Assembly (NCBI GenBank): GCA_963743775.1 | Contig: CAVURA010000018.1 | Location: forward strand, 142,518 to 206,517 | Reading direction: 5' to 3' | DNA from: an uncultured Bacteroidales bacterium | Lineage (GTDB): Bacteria > Bacteroidota > Bacteroidia > Bacteroidales > VadinHA17 | Length of the DNA: 64,000 nt | Shown here: positions 9,144 through 18,775 of the stretch, one piece after another | Layout: each line of letters starts with the position of its first letter | Position numbering within the stretch: the first letter of the stretch is position 1 | Program-made: the position numbers and the translations under genes | Notes under the pieces: model-generated | What the model was told of the DNA's origin: nothing | Database searches by the model: none | What the model saw: only the letters and a program-made list of their open reading frames with translations

Positions 9144-9854
9144 ATGGAAGGATCAACAATACTCCTCGCAGGTACGGCCGTCACAATCGGATTCATTCAC
9201 ACGCTTGTCGGACCTGATCATTATCTTCCGTTCATCGTTATGGGAGAGGCACGCAAGTGGACTATACGAAAGACAATGTTTATAACCTTTCTTTGCGGGA
9301 TAGGGCATGTCCTCAGTTCTGTCATCCTCGGATTTATAGGCATAGCAGCAGGCATTTCACTCTCAAAACTGGAGTTTTTTGAATCATTCAGGGGAAATAT
9401 TGCGGCCTGGCTTCTGATAGTTTTCGGTCTTGTCTATATGCTTATCAGCCTCCGTTCCCTTTACCGCAAAAAGAAGCACATTCATGAGCATCACCATACC
9501 GACGGCACTGATCATGAACATGAGCACGGTCATTTCAGCGGTCACTCTCATATCCATCTGGAAGACAAAAAAAACCTTACCCCCTGGATTCTTTTCCTTA
9601 TTTTCATCCTGGGACCCTGTGAGCCACTCATACCTATAGTGATGTACCCTGCTGCTGAAAACAATATCAGTGGTGTTGTGATAGTATCCCTGCTCTTCTC
9701 AGCGGTAACGATTGCCACTATGATGTCGGTCGTACTTGCTTTCAGGCTCGGGTTGAGTCGTATCAATCTAAATCCCCTGGAAAGATATGTGAACGTCATT
9801 GCAGGTGCCACAATACTTGTTTCAGGTGTTGCCATACAGTTTCTCGGCCTCTGA
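9144..9854 (+). CDS. HupE/UreJ-signature metal (Ni/Co-type) transporter with a His-rich loop
   Basis: 236-aa ORF with six predicted TM segments. TM1 contains GFIHTLVGPDH, which has the same spacing as the HupE/UreJ signature HPxxGxDH. The central loop is HIHEHHHTDGTDHEHEHGHFSGHSHIH. Confidence 0.45.
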   Translation: MEGSTILLAGTAVTIGFIHTLVGPDHYLPFIVMGEARKWTIRKTMFITFLCGIGHVLSSVILGFIGIAAGISLSKLEFFESFRGNIAAWLLIVFGLVYMLISLRSLYRKKKHIHEHHHTDGTDHEHEHGHFSGHSHIHLEDKKNLTPWILFLIFILGPCEPLIPIVMYPAAENNISGVVIVSLLFSAVTIATMMSVVLAFRLGLSRINLNPLERYVNVIAGATILVSGVAIQFLGL

Positions 9855-9869
9855 AACACAAATATTTAT

Positions 9870-9877
9870 TAGCTTTG
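9870..9877 (+). promoter_or_regulatory. Bacteroidota -7 promoter box (TAGCTTTG)
   Basis: TAnnTTTG match 17 nt upstream of the ATG at 9894. Confidence 0.4.
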
Positions 9878-9893
9878 CCAAAAATTTCAAAGG

Positions 9894-10556
9894 ATGAGTT
9901 TCGATTACAATACACAGAGAAAAAAGATGTCCCTGCCGGAATACGGAAGGAATGTCCTCAAAATGATAGAGCATATTAAAACCATAAAAGATCCGGAAGA
10001 GAGGAACAGGGCTGCCAGAAGCATCATTCAGATAATGAGCAACCTCAATCCCAACCTCCGCGAAGTGACCGACTACAAGCACAAGTTGTGGGACCACCTG
10101 ATGATAATTGCTGATTTTGACCTCAACGTCGATTCGCCTTATCCGGGCCCTGACAGAACAAAGCTCGATGCCAAACCCAACACGGTTCCGTATCATAACG
10201 GCGAGATTACATACGCGCACTATGGCCGTATTGTTCCGGCACTCATCGAAGCAGCTTCGGCTATGGATGACGGGGAAGAGAAAGAATATCTCACAGTCCT
10301 AATTCTCAATCAGATGAAGAAGGATTACATCACGTGGAACAAGGCAACGGTTGCAGATGAACTGATCATAAGAGATCTGTCTGCCATTTCAGGGGGAAGG
10401 CTTAAGGCCCCTGAGAACTTCAAAATGCCTGACATCAGGGAGATTCTGGCACCGCCGAAGAGCAAGATACAGGGGCGTTTCCAGGGCAGACCGCAGGATA
10501 AATACCAGAGCAGATCAGGCAAGCCGGGCAAAAAGAAACATAAAACAGGTTATTGA
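9894..10556 (+). CDS. DUF4290 family protein
   Basis: 220-aa ORF. The N-terminus MSLPEYGRNVLKMIEH...R...A..II..M..LNP and ...KLWDHL are characteristic of the Bacteroidota-wide DUF4290 family. The C-terminal tail is basic. Confidence 0.65.
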   Translation: MSFDYNTQRKKMSLPEYGRNVLKMIEHIKTIKDPEERNRAARSIIQIMSNLNPNLREVTDYKHKLWDHLMIIADFDLNVDSPYPGPDRTKLDAKPNTVPYHNGEITYAHYGRIVPALIEAASAMDDGEEKEYLTVLILNQMKKDYITWNKATVADELIIRDLSAISGGRLKAPENFKMPDIREILAPPKSKIQGRFQGRPQDKYQSRSGKPGKKKHKTGY

Positions 10557-10575
10557 CGGAACAAAATTGAGTATC

Positions 10576-10959
10576 ATGAAGATCACCAGCATAAATACCT
10601 ATGATGCACCACTGCCGGCAGGCCACTACTCCCAGGGCGCCGTCGCCGGTAACGTAATTTTCGTTTCAGGACAGCTGCCGGTCGTTCCGCTGGCTGGCGA
10701 CCAGATTTCCGGGGACATCAGCAATCAGACACTTCAGGCTCTTAATAATGTGCTGAGCATTGTCAAGGCTGGTGGAGGTGATATCACTACCATCGCCAGG
10801 ACAACTATCTATACCACTGAGGTAAAACACTGGGAAGAGGTCAACAGGGTTTACGCCGACTTCTTTGGTCCTATTCAACCTGCCAGATCCATCATCACTG
10901 TTGCGGGGCTTCATCATGGCGCCCTGGTGGAGATTGAGGCCGTTGCCTATACCCTGTAG
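10576..10959 (+). CDS. ridA: RidA/YjgF family reactive-intermediate deaminase
   Basis: Trimmed to the ATG at 10576. Contains the motifs AGHYSQG, FVSGQLP, PARS and VEIEAVA. Confidence 0.85.
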   Translation: MKITSINTYDAPLPAGHYSQGAVAGNVIFVSGQLPVVPLAGDQISGDISNQTLQALNNVLSIVKAGGGDITTIARTTIYTTEVKHWEEVNRVYADFFGPIQPARSIITVAGLHHGALVEIEAVAYTL

Positions 10960-11031
10960 GTTGACACTTTGTCATGTTTGTGAGTGTGGCCGGCATTTTG
11001 CTAAAAACGCCTGTAGAAAAGTATTTTTATC

Positions 11032-11622
11032 ATGGTAAAAAAGAAAAGTCACGAAGAGAGACCGGATGAACCTGTGTCATCAAATGAATCAATTGAGAAT
11101 CAAATAAATACAGAATCTGGAGCCACTGATGACTCAGTGACCGCTGAGGAGCCAAAGCCACCTGAAGGGTCAGGAACCGCTGAAGAACTGACGAGGAAAC
11201 TGACAGAAATGCAGGATAAGTACATCCGTCTCTCGGCTGAGTTTGACAACTACAGGAAAAGAACGCTCCGTGAAAAGATAGAGCTCTCCAAAACAGGCGG
11301 TGAGTCTGTTATAATAAGCCTGCTGCCCGTTGTTGACGATTTTGACAGGGCTGTCATCTCAATGCGTGACACGGAAAACTGTGAGGCAATCAGACAAGGA
11401 CTGGAGCTGATTAATGCAAAGCTTTCCGCCTTTCTGAAACAGAATGGTGTCAGCGAGATTGAAGCTATCCACGAACAGTTCAATCCTGACATCCATGAGG
11501 CCGTAACAAGCATAGCAGTCGATAATGAATCACTGAGAGGCAAGGTAACAGAAGTGATACGGAAAGGATACACTCTGAACGAGAAGGTGATCCGCTTTCC
11601 AAAGGTGGTCGTCGGAGAATAA
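11032..11622 (+). CDS. grpE: nucleotide exchange factor GrpE
   Basis: 196-aa ORF with DKYIRLSAEFDNYRKR and a C-terminal beta domain. It lies directly upstream of dnaJ. Confidence 0.9.
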   Translation: MVKKKSHEERPDEPVSSNESIENQINTESGATDDSVTAEEPKPPEGSGTAEELTRKLTEMQDKYIRLSAEFDNYRKRTLREKIELSKTGGESVIISLLPVVDDFDRAVISMRDTENCEAIRQGLELINAKLSAFLKQNGVSEIEAIHEQFNPDIHEAVTSIAVDNESLRGKVTEVIRKGYTLNEKVIRFPKVVVGE

Positions 11623-11645
11623 ATAAAATGCGTTTAAGCTGAAAG

Positions 11646-12794
11646 ATGTCGAAAAGAGACTATTACGAGGTACTGGGAGTCAGTAAAGGGGCCACCAAGG
11701 ATGAGATAAAGAAGTCCTATCGTAAACACGCGCTGAAATATCATCCTGACAAGAACCCGGGGAACAAGGAAGCTGAGGAGAAGTTCAAGGAAGCTGCTGA
11801 GGCATATGAGGTGCTCAGCAATGATGACAAGAAGGCCAGGTATGACCAGTTCGGACATGCCGGCATGGGCAATAATATGGGTGGCGGCTTTAACGGAGGC
11901 ATGACCATGGAAGATATTTTCTCCTCCTTCGGTGATATCTTCGGTGATGCTTTTGGCGGTGCCTTCGGTTCACGCGGAAGGGGCGGCCGCTCGCGCAACG
12001 TCAACAAGGGAACAAACCTGAGGCTGAAGGTGAAGCTTACTCTTGAAGAGTTTGCCAGGGGAGCTGAGAAGAAGGTCAGGGTCACCAAGTATGTTGTCTG
12101 CAACACCTGTAACGGCAGCGGAGCAGCTTCTGACAGCGATGTCACCACCTGCTCAACCTGCAAGGGCACCGGTCATACCACCAGGGTAATGAATACCATA
12201 CTGGGCCAGATGCAGACAAGCGCCCCGTGCAACGTATGCGGCGGTGAAGGCAAGGTCATAACAAAAAAATGTCATAAGTGCTATGGCGAAGGAATAACTC
12301 AGGCAGAAGAGGTAATACCCATTTCAATTCCCGCCGGTCTCGCACCCGGGATGCAGCTCTCAATGACGGGCAAGGGTAACGCCGCCCGCCGCGGAGGAAT
12401 TAACGGCGACCTGCTCGTGATGATTGACGAGGAGCCTCACGATGAACTGATCCGTGAGGGTAATGACCTGATATACAATCTTTTTATCAGTATTCCTGAT
12501 GCTATCCTGGGTGCCAATGTTGAAGTGCCCACGCTGGAGGGCAAGGTAAGGATCAAGATAGACCCCGGAACCCAGGGTGGAAAGATACTCCGCCTGAGAG
12601 GCAAGGGCCTGCCCGACGTCAACGGTTACGGCAAGGGTGATCTGCTGGTGAATGTCAATGTCTGGGTGCCGAAGAACCTTTCCAGGGAAGAACAGAAAAT
12701 GATGGAACAGTACCGTAACTCGCAGACGTTCGTTCCAAAACCGGACGCTGATGACAAAGGCTTCTTCGACAGGGTGAAGAACTACTTTTCCTGA
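11646..12794 (+). CDS. dnaJ: molecular chaperone DnaJ
   Basis: J-domain with HPD (KYHPDKN), a G/F-rich linker and four CxxCxGxG zinc-finger repeats. Confidence 0.95.
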   Translation: MSKRDYYEVLGVSKGATKDEIKKSYRKHALKYHPDKNPGNKEAEEKFKEAAEAYEVLSNDDKKARYDQFGHAGMGNNMGGGFNGGMTMEDIFSSFGDIFGDAFGGAFGSRGRGGRSRNVNKGTNLRLKVKLTLEEFARGAEKKVRVTKYVVCNTCNGSGAASDSDVTTCSTCKGTGHTTRVMNTILGQMQTSAPCNVCGGEGKVITKKCHKCYGEGITQAEEVIPISIPAGLAPGMQLSMTGKGNAARRGGINGDLLVMIDEEPHDELIREGNDLIYNLFISIPDAILGANVEVPTLEGKVRIKIDPGTQGGKILRLRGKGLPDVNGYGKGDLLVNVNVWVPKNLSREEQKMMEQYRNSQTFVPKPDADDKGFFDRVKNYFS

Positions 12795-12820
12795 AACATC
12801 ATTAAACGAATAAGTGGGTT

Positions 12821-12855
12821 GATACGCAATGCAATGTGCGTATCGACCTTTTTTA
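12821..12855 (+). terminator. rho-independent terminator after dnaJ
   Basis: Perfect 8-bp stem gatacgca/tgcgtatc with an 8-nt loop, followed by gaccTTTTTT. Confidence 0.65.
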
Positions 12856-12863
12856 TATCTTTG
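12856..12863 (+). promoter_or_regulatory. Bacteroidota -7 promoter box (TATCTTTG)
   Basis: TAnnTTTG match 37 nt upstream of the ATG at 12900. Confidence 0.4.
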
Positions 12864-12899
12864 AATTTCCCGGACTAACATTTAATCAAGGAAAGAACC

Positions 12900-13826
12900 A
12901 TGCCATTGTTTGAAGCACAGAATGTGACCAAACGCTTTGCGACCACAACAGCTCTGGACGAAGTCAGCATAAGCGTTCCGGAACAGAGTATCTACGGTCT
13001 CCTCGGCCCCAACGGTGCCGGAAAGACTACTCTGATCCGTATTATTAACCAGATCACCGCACCCGACAGCGGCATAGTACTGCTTAACGGCAGGCCTATA
13101 AATTCTGAAGATGTGCATAAGATCGGTTATCTACCGGAAGAGCGGGGCCTCTATAAAAAAATGAAAGTGGGCGAACAGGCTCTGTACCTTGCCCAGCTTA
13201 AAGGACTGACCAGGACTGAAGCCATGCGGCGCCTCAAATACTGGTTCAGTAAACTTGAAATAACCGACTGGTGGGGAAAGAAGGTCGAGGAGCTTTCAAA
13301 AGGAATGCAGCAGAAGGTGCAGTTTGCAACCACTGTGTTGCATGAACCTCAACTCCTCATTTTTGATGAACCTTTTACCGGGTTCGACCCGATAAATGTC
13401 AAACAGATAAAGGACGAGATCCTCTTTCTGCGCGAGAGGGGAGCAACAATCATCTTTTCAACTCATAACATGGGCTCTGTTGAAGAACTGTGCGACAACA
13501 TAACTCTCATCAACAAAGCAAAAACAATCCTTGAAGGCAGTGTGGACAAGATCAGGCACGACTGGTCTGCAGATGAATACGAAGTTGTTTTTACAGGTGA
13601 GGTGACCCCTTCGGGCAACGCACATTTTTCCGTTTTAAGCTCGTCATTTGCAAAGGGCCGGAGCACTGTCCGCATTAAAGCTGCCGGAACAGGCGACACA
13701 AATGAGATAATCAGTTCAATGACAGGTTCAGGTACGGTAATCTCATTCAACCAGGTTCTGCCGTCAATGAACGATATATTTATCAGGGTTGTCGAAGCAA
13801 AAAACAGTGAAGCTGCAAAAAACTGA
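12900..13826 (+). CDS. ABC transporter ATP-binding protein (ABC-2/NatA-like)
   Basis: Walker A GPNGAGKTT, signature LSKGMQQK, Walker B LLIFDEP, plus a C-terminal accessory domain. Confidence 0.9.
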   Translation: MPLFEAQNVTKRFATTTALDEVSISVPEQSIYGLLGPNGAGKTTLIRIINQITAPDSGIVLLNGRPINSEDVHKIGYLPEERGLYKKMKVGEQALYLAQLKGLTRTEAMRRLKYWFSKLEITDWWGKKVEELSKGMQQKVQFATTVLHEPQLLIFDEPFTGFDPINVKQIKDEILFLRERGATIIFSTHNMGSVEELCDNITLINKAKTILEGSVDKIRHDWSADEYEVVFTGEVTPSGNAHFSVLSSSFAKGRSTVRIKAAGTGDTNEIISSMTGSGTVISFNQVLPSMNDIFIRVVEAKNSEAAKN

Positions 13827-13829
13827 GCC

Positions 13830-15182
13830 ATGAACAAAATATCATTAATAATTCAGAGAGAATATTCGACCAGGGTGCGCAAAAAGTCATTTATCGTAAT
13901 GACATTGCTTACACCGTTTCTCTTAGCCCTGGTATTTGTCGTTCCGGGCCTCATGATGTCAAACCAGGACAAGGATTTTAAGAAGATTGCCGTCGTCGGG
14001 GACAGCGACTTGTACCAGGATGTGATACCGGATACCAAGGAAGCGGATTTTGAATTCCTTCCGAATACCAGTGTTAACGATATCAAAAACAATTTCAGCG
14101 AGAAGGGCTATTACGGGGTATTATATATTTCGGACCTGCTGGTCGATGTACCCAATGCTGTACAGTTAATCTCAAAGCAGCAGCCGCCGATAGGCCTTCT
14201 TGATCACATCACCGGTTCCCTCAAGAAGGAACTTGAGAAGAAAAAGCTTCAGTCGTACAATATCGAAAACCTGGACGCAATACTCAAAAGCATCAATGCG
14301 AGCGTCGATTTACAGACCATAAAGATTGATGAGGCAGGCGAAGTAAAGACAACCAGCACAGGAATCGCAATGGGCCTGGCTTATCTGAGCGGTTTCATGA
14401 TGTATATGCTGGTCTTTATGTTCGGAGCACAGGTGATGCGCGGAGTGATTGAAGAAAAGACAAGCCGGATAGTGGAGGTGATCATATCTTCTGTAAAACC
14501 TATCCAGCTGATGCTTGGCAAGATTATCGGTATCGCTCTTGTAGGTCTCACACAGTTCGCAATCTGGATTCTGCTGACCCTGGCGATAGTTGCCGTGGCC
14601 CAGTCGAAATTGCTGCCGGAAGGTACCATGGATCAGATGCAACAGCTCCCCCAGAGCTTTGCCCAGGCTGAACCTGGTGCGGGCAGTGCTGATGCAGCCG
14701 CTGCAGTTGAAACGCAGATGACCAAGTTTCAGTCGGTCTTCGCCAGCGCATTGAACCAGCAATGGGGACTTATCGCCTTCTGCTTTGTATTCTATTTTAT
14801 CACAGGCTACTTGCTGTATGCCTCACTGTTCGCAGCCATCGGATCGGCAGTGGACAATGAGACGGAGACGCAACAGTTCATGCTGCCGGTCACCATTCCC
14901 ATTATCTTTGCTCTGTTCGTGGCCATGGCAACAATGCAGAACCCCGAAAGCTCACTGTCATTCTGGTTTTCATTGATCCCTCTTACATCTCCCATTGTCA
15001 TGGTGGCAAGAATTCCTTTTGGTGTTGACGCCTGGGAGATCGCGCTTTCGATGGCTATAATGCTGGTTACAATATTCGGCTGTATCTGGATGGCTGCCAA
15101 AATATACCGTACCGGAATACTCATGTACGGAAAAAAGACCTCTTACAAGGAAATATGGAAATGGCTGACATACAAAGGATAA
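13830..15182 (+). CDS. ABC-2 family permease (NatB/YhaP-like)
   Basis: 450-aa ORF with an N-terminal TM segment, a large extracytoplasmic loop and five or six C-terminal TM segments. It starts 3 nt after the ATPase gene. Confidence 0.75.
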   Translation: MNKISLIIQREYSTRVRKKSFIVMTLLTPFLLALVFVVPGLMMSNQDKDFKKIAVVGDSDLYQDVIPDTKEADFEFLPNTSVNDIKNNFSEKGYYGVLYISDLLVDVPNAVQLISKQQPPIGLLDHITGSLKKELEKKKLQSYNIENLDAILKSINASVDLQTIKIDEAGEVKTTSTGIAMGLAYLSGFMMYMLVFMFGAQVMRGVIEEKTSRIVEVIISSVKPIQLMLGKIIGIALVGLTQFAIWILLTLAIVAVAQSKLLPEGTMDQMQQLPQSFAQAEPGAGSADAAAAVETQMTKFQSVFASALNQQWGLIAFCFVFYFITGYLLYASLFAAIGSAVDNETETQQFMLPVTIPIIFALFVAMATMQNPESSLSFWFSLIPLTSPIVMVARIPFGVDAWEIALSMAIMLVTIFGCIWMAAKIYRTGILMYGKKTSYKEIWKWLTYKG

Positions 15183-15194
15183 TAAAGATCTGTA

Positions 15195-16373
15195 ATGCCC
15201 AGGATATTAGTCGTTGACGACGAAAAATCAATCAGGAACACCCTGAAAGACGTTCTTGAATATGAGAAATATGAGGTATTTCTTGCGGAAGATGGCGCCT
15301 CAGGAATAGACCAGTTCACCCAGGAAGCGTTTGATGTGGTGTTGTGCGACATCAAGATGGCCAAGATGGATGGCATAGAGGTTTTGCAGAAGCTCCTTGA
15401 GATTACTTCCGACGTGCCTGTCATAATGATTTCGGGTCACGGGAATATAGACACGGCAGTTGATTCAATCAAGAAAGGTGCCTTTGATTTCCTTGAAAAA
15501 CCGCTTGACCTGAACCGTCTTCTCATCACCATCCGTAACGCTCTTGAAAGGGGCTCTCTTATCTCACAGACAAAAGTCCTGAAGAAACAGGTCAGCAAAA
15601 AATTTGAGATTGTTGGCACTTCTCCTGCCATCATTGTTGTAAAGGAGATGATAGACAGAGTAGCTCCGACGGAGGCAAGGGTGCTCATCACAGGCGCCAA
15701 CGGTACGGGCAAGGAGCTTGTTGCCCATCAGATACATGAAAAAAGCAATCGCGCCAGAGGTCCTTTCGTTGAAGTCAACTGTGCCGCCATCCCTTCAGAA
15801 TTGATTGAGAGTGAGCTTTTCGGTCATGAAAAAGGGTCATTTACATCAGCCATTAAGCAACGCATAGGCAAATTTGAGCAGGCCACCGGAGGCACTATCT
15901 TCCTTGATGAGGTTGGAGACATGAGCCTTGCCGCGCAGGCTAAGGTTCTCAGGGCCCTCCAGGAGAGCAAGATCACACGGGTGGGTTCAGACAAGGACAT
16001 AAACGTCGATGTAAGGGTAATTGCCGCAACCAACAAGAATATACGCAGTGAGATTGACCGCAATAACTTCAGGGAAGATCTTTACCACCGGCTGAGTGTC
16101 ATTCTGATCCATGTGCCTACGCTTAATGAGCGAAGTGATGACATACCGCTCCTCGCTGACTATTTCAATACCCTTATCTGCAATGAGTACGGCATGGTAA
16201 AGAAAAAAATAAGGCCTGATGCCATAGCCGAGATGCAGAAGATCAAATGGACCGGGAATATAAGAGAGTTCAGAAATGTGCTTGAGAGGCTGATAATACT
16301 TTGCCCTGAAGAAATATCCGGCAGGGATGTAATTACCTATGCACACCCTGTCTCGGGTTTTAACGAAATATAA
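15195..16373 (+). CDS. sigma-54-dependent response regulator (REC + AAA+), with no C-terminal HTH
   Basis: REC domain (VVDDE...DIKM). The AAA+ domain has Walker A GANGTGKE, Walker B IFLDEV and GSFTSA in place of GAFTGA. The protein ends about 20 aa after the AAA+ lid. Confidence 0.85.
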   Translation: MPRILVVDDEKSIRNTLKDVLEYEKYEVFLAEDGASGIDQFTQEAFDVVLCDIKMAKMDGIEVLQKLLEITSDVPVIMISGHGNIDTAVDSIKKGAFDFLEKPLDLNRLLITIRNALERGSLISQTKVLKKQVSKKFEIVGTSPAIIVVKEMIDRVAPTEARVLITGANGTGKELVAHQIHEKSNRARGPFVEVNCAAIPSELIESELFGHEKGSFTSAIKQRIGKFEQATGGTIFLDEVGDMSLAAQAKVLRALQESKITRVGSDKDINVDVRVIAATNKNIRSEIDRNNFREDLYHRLSVILIHVPTLNERSDDIPLLADYFNTLICNEYGMVKKKIRPDAIAEMQKIKWTGNIREFRNVLERLIILCPEEISGRDVITYAHPVSGFNEI

Positions 16374-18733
16374 TGAAGAAAATATACATTGCCTTTGCGT
16401 ACATTCTCGTGATAATGGCAGCACTCACCACGAGGTGCGACAGGCAGCGGCATCCAGGACTCCCGGTATCATTCAATGACCGCTGGATGTTTATCAGGCA
16501 GGACTCAGCCAATATTGATAAAATTCTTCCCGGAAATATTCCCAACCATAAATGGGAAGATGTGACGCTGCCGCACACGGCATTCATCGAACCGCTTGTC
16601 GTCACAAATCAGCAGTGGACAGGCATCAGCTGGTACAAGAAAATTTACAGGGCACCCCGCGGGGATCACCGTCATCATACCGGCCTTCTTTTCGACGGGG
16701 TGATGAATGATGCCATCGTCTATCTTAACGGAGCCGAAATAGCCCGGCACACTGGAGGTTATTTGCCTTTCTATGTCGATCTCAGCAATGACCTCAGGTT
16801 TGGCAGGGAGAATGAGATCCTTCTCAGGGTTGATAACAGGGATAATCCCTCAATTCCTCCGGGCAAACCCCTTTCTGAGCTTGATTTTCTCTATTACAGT
16901 GGTATCTACCGCAATGTGTCCCTGTTTGTAAGTGACAAACTGCATATCACATCTGCTCCCGAAGCTGACACTCTTCTGGGAGGAGGTGTCATTACGGGCT
17001 TTCGCGATGTCAGCAAGGATGCCGCCACAGTCATTGTCTCAGTTCTGGTACAGAATGATGACAGAACACCACGGTCATTCTATCTGAAAAATACTCTTCT
17101 TGATGCCGCAGGAACACAAGTATCTGCATCGCTCTCCGAAGAGATCGAGATGGAGCCCGGGCAGCGCAGACGGCTGCTGTCAGAGGTAAGAGTGATGCAG
17201 CCGGCACTCTGGTCAAATGAACAGCCTTTTCTGTACACACTCAGGACAGAACTGCAGGCTGGCCAGAATGCCATAGACTGCAATGAGATACGCATTGGGA
17301 TAAGATCAGTGGAGATCACCAGGGACAACGGCCTGTTGCTGAACGGCAACCGTGTCAGCATCACCGGCACCAACCGGCACCAGGAGTACCCGTACATAGG
17401 CTACGCTCTCTCAGACAACGCAGCTTACCGTGATGCTTCTAAGATCAGGGATGCCGGATTCAATTTCGTGCGCTGTTCGCATTATCCCCCCGCCCCTGCC
17501 TTCCTTGATGCCTGTGATGAGCTTGGCCTTCTGGTTATGGATGCCATACCGGGATGGCAGTTCATCGGAGATTCCATATTCTGCGAGGCCTCCGTGCGTG
17601 ACACCCGTCTTATGTGCCGTCGCGACAGGAACCACCCGTCGGTGGTCATGTGGGAAGCATCACTGAATGAGACGATGATGCCGTATAGTTTCCTGAACAG
17701 GTTGCACCAGACAGTAAAGGAGGAACTTCCTTTCGGAAATAACTACACCTGCAGCTGGATGGACACTATCTGTGACGTCTTTATACCTGCCAGACAGCAT
17801 GCCAAAGCACCTGAGTACTGGAAAAACTATGACAAGAATAAGCCACTGCTCATCTGTGAATATGGCGACTGGGAATATTATGCACAGAATGCCGGCTTCA
17901 ATCAGACTGAATTCAGTGATCTGGAACCCGCGGCACGAAATTCGAGACAGTTGCGGTCTGCAGGCGAGAGAGGATTGCTGCAGCAGGCCTATAACTTCCA
18001 GGAAGCCCATAATGACAATCTCTTCGGGCCATGCTTCGGAGATGCCAACTGGCTGATGTTCGATTACAACCGCGGTTATGCTGCAGACATAGAGTCATCA
18101 GGAATAATGGATATTTTCAGGATACCGAAATTCACATACTGGTTCTATCGCAGCCAGTCCGATGACGGGCCTGTTTGCTTCATTGCATATTATAACCTTC
18201 CCTCATCGGGAAAAACAATAAGGGTGTACAGCAATGCAGACACTGTGCAGCTTTTCCGCAATGACACTCTCCTGGCAGTGCAGGGACCCGACAACGATGT
18301 TAGCACTGCAAATCTCACACATCCTCCTTTTACTTTTACTGCAGATGAGTATATACCCGGCACCATCAGGGCTGTTGGATTAAGAAAAGGATCAGAGTAC
18401 GGCATGCATTCAGTAACCACCCCGGGTCCTCCTGCAGCGCTTCGGTTATCGGTTGACTTCAGTAATAAACCGCTCCGGGCCGACGGTGCCGATGTCGTCT
18501 TTGTATATGCCACACTGGTTGATTCACTGGGATTCCCGGTTATGACTGCTGACTCAGTGGTAGAATTTTCTGTCAGAGGAAATGCCACGCTGATAGGAGA
18601 CAATCCTGTCAGGGCAGAGGCCGGCATTGCAACAATACTTCTCAGGGCTGGTACCAATCCCGGTAAAGTGATGGTGCATGCCTCTTCCGGCACGATGTCA
18701 AAGGCTGAGATTATGACGGAGACAAAGAGATAA
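16373..18733 (+). CDS. glycoside hydrolase family 2 (beta-galactosidase/beta-glucuronidase-like)
   Basis: 786-aa ORF with a sugar-binding N-domain, then TNRHQEYPY, RCSHYPP and NHPSVVMWEASLNE. Its start overlaps the regulator's stop (TAATG). Confidence 0.85.
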   Translation: MKKIYIAFAYILVIMAALTTRCDRQRHPGLPVSFNDRWMFIRQDSANIDKILPGNIPNHKWEDVTLPHTAFIEPLVVTNQQWTGISWYKKIYRAPRGDHRHHTGLLFDGVMNDAIVYLNGAEIARHTGGYLPFYVDLSNDLRFGRENEILLRVDNRDNPSIPPGKPLSELDFLYYSGIYRNVSLFVSDKLHITSAPEADTLLGGGVITGFRDVSKDAATVIVSVLVQNDDRTPRSFYLKNTLLDAAGTQVSASLSEEIEMEPGQRRRLLSEVRVMQPALWSNEQPFLYTLRTELQAGQNAIDCNEIRIGIRSVEITRDNGLLLNGNRVSITGTNRHQEYPYIGYALSDNAAYRDASKIRDAGFNFVRCSHYPPAPAFLDACDELGLLVMDAIPGWQFIGDSIFCEASVRDTRLMCRRDRNHPSVVMWEASLNETMMPYSFLNRLHQTVKEELPFGNNYTCSWMDTICDVFIPARQHAKAPEYWKNYDKNKPLLICEYGDWEYYAQNAGFNQTEFSDLEPAARNSRQLRSAGERGLLQQAYNFQEAHNDNLFGPCFGDANWLMFDYNRGYAADIESSGIMDIFRIPKFTYWFYRSQSDDGPVCFIAYYNLPSSGKTIRVYSNADTVQLFRNDTLLAVQGPDNDVSTANLTHPPFTFTADEYIPGTIRAVGLRKGSEYGMHSVTTPGPPAALRLSVDFSNKPLRADGADVVFVYATLVDSLGFPVMTADSVVEFSVRGNATLIGDNPVRAEAGIATILLRAGTNPGKVMVHASSGTMSKAEIMTETKR

Positions 18734-18775
18734 TAAGATCACTGAGCCAGTCTCCGGGACTTAAGCCAGCCCTTT

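Noticed and set aside
12360-12881. 173-aa minus-strand ORF
   Set aside because: It is antisense to the dnaJ C-terminal domain and crosses the dnaJ terminator. It has no motifs.
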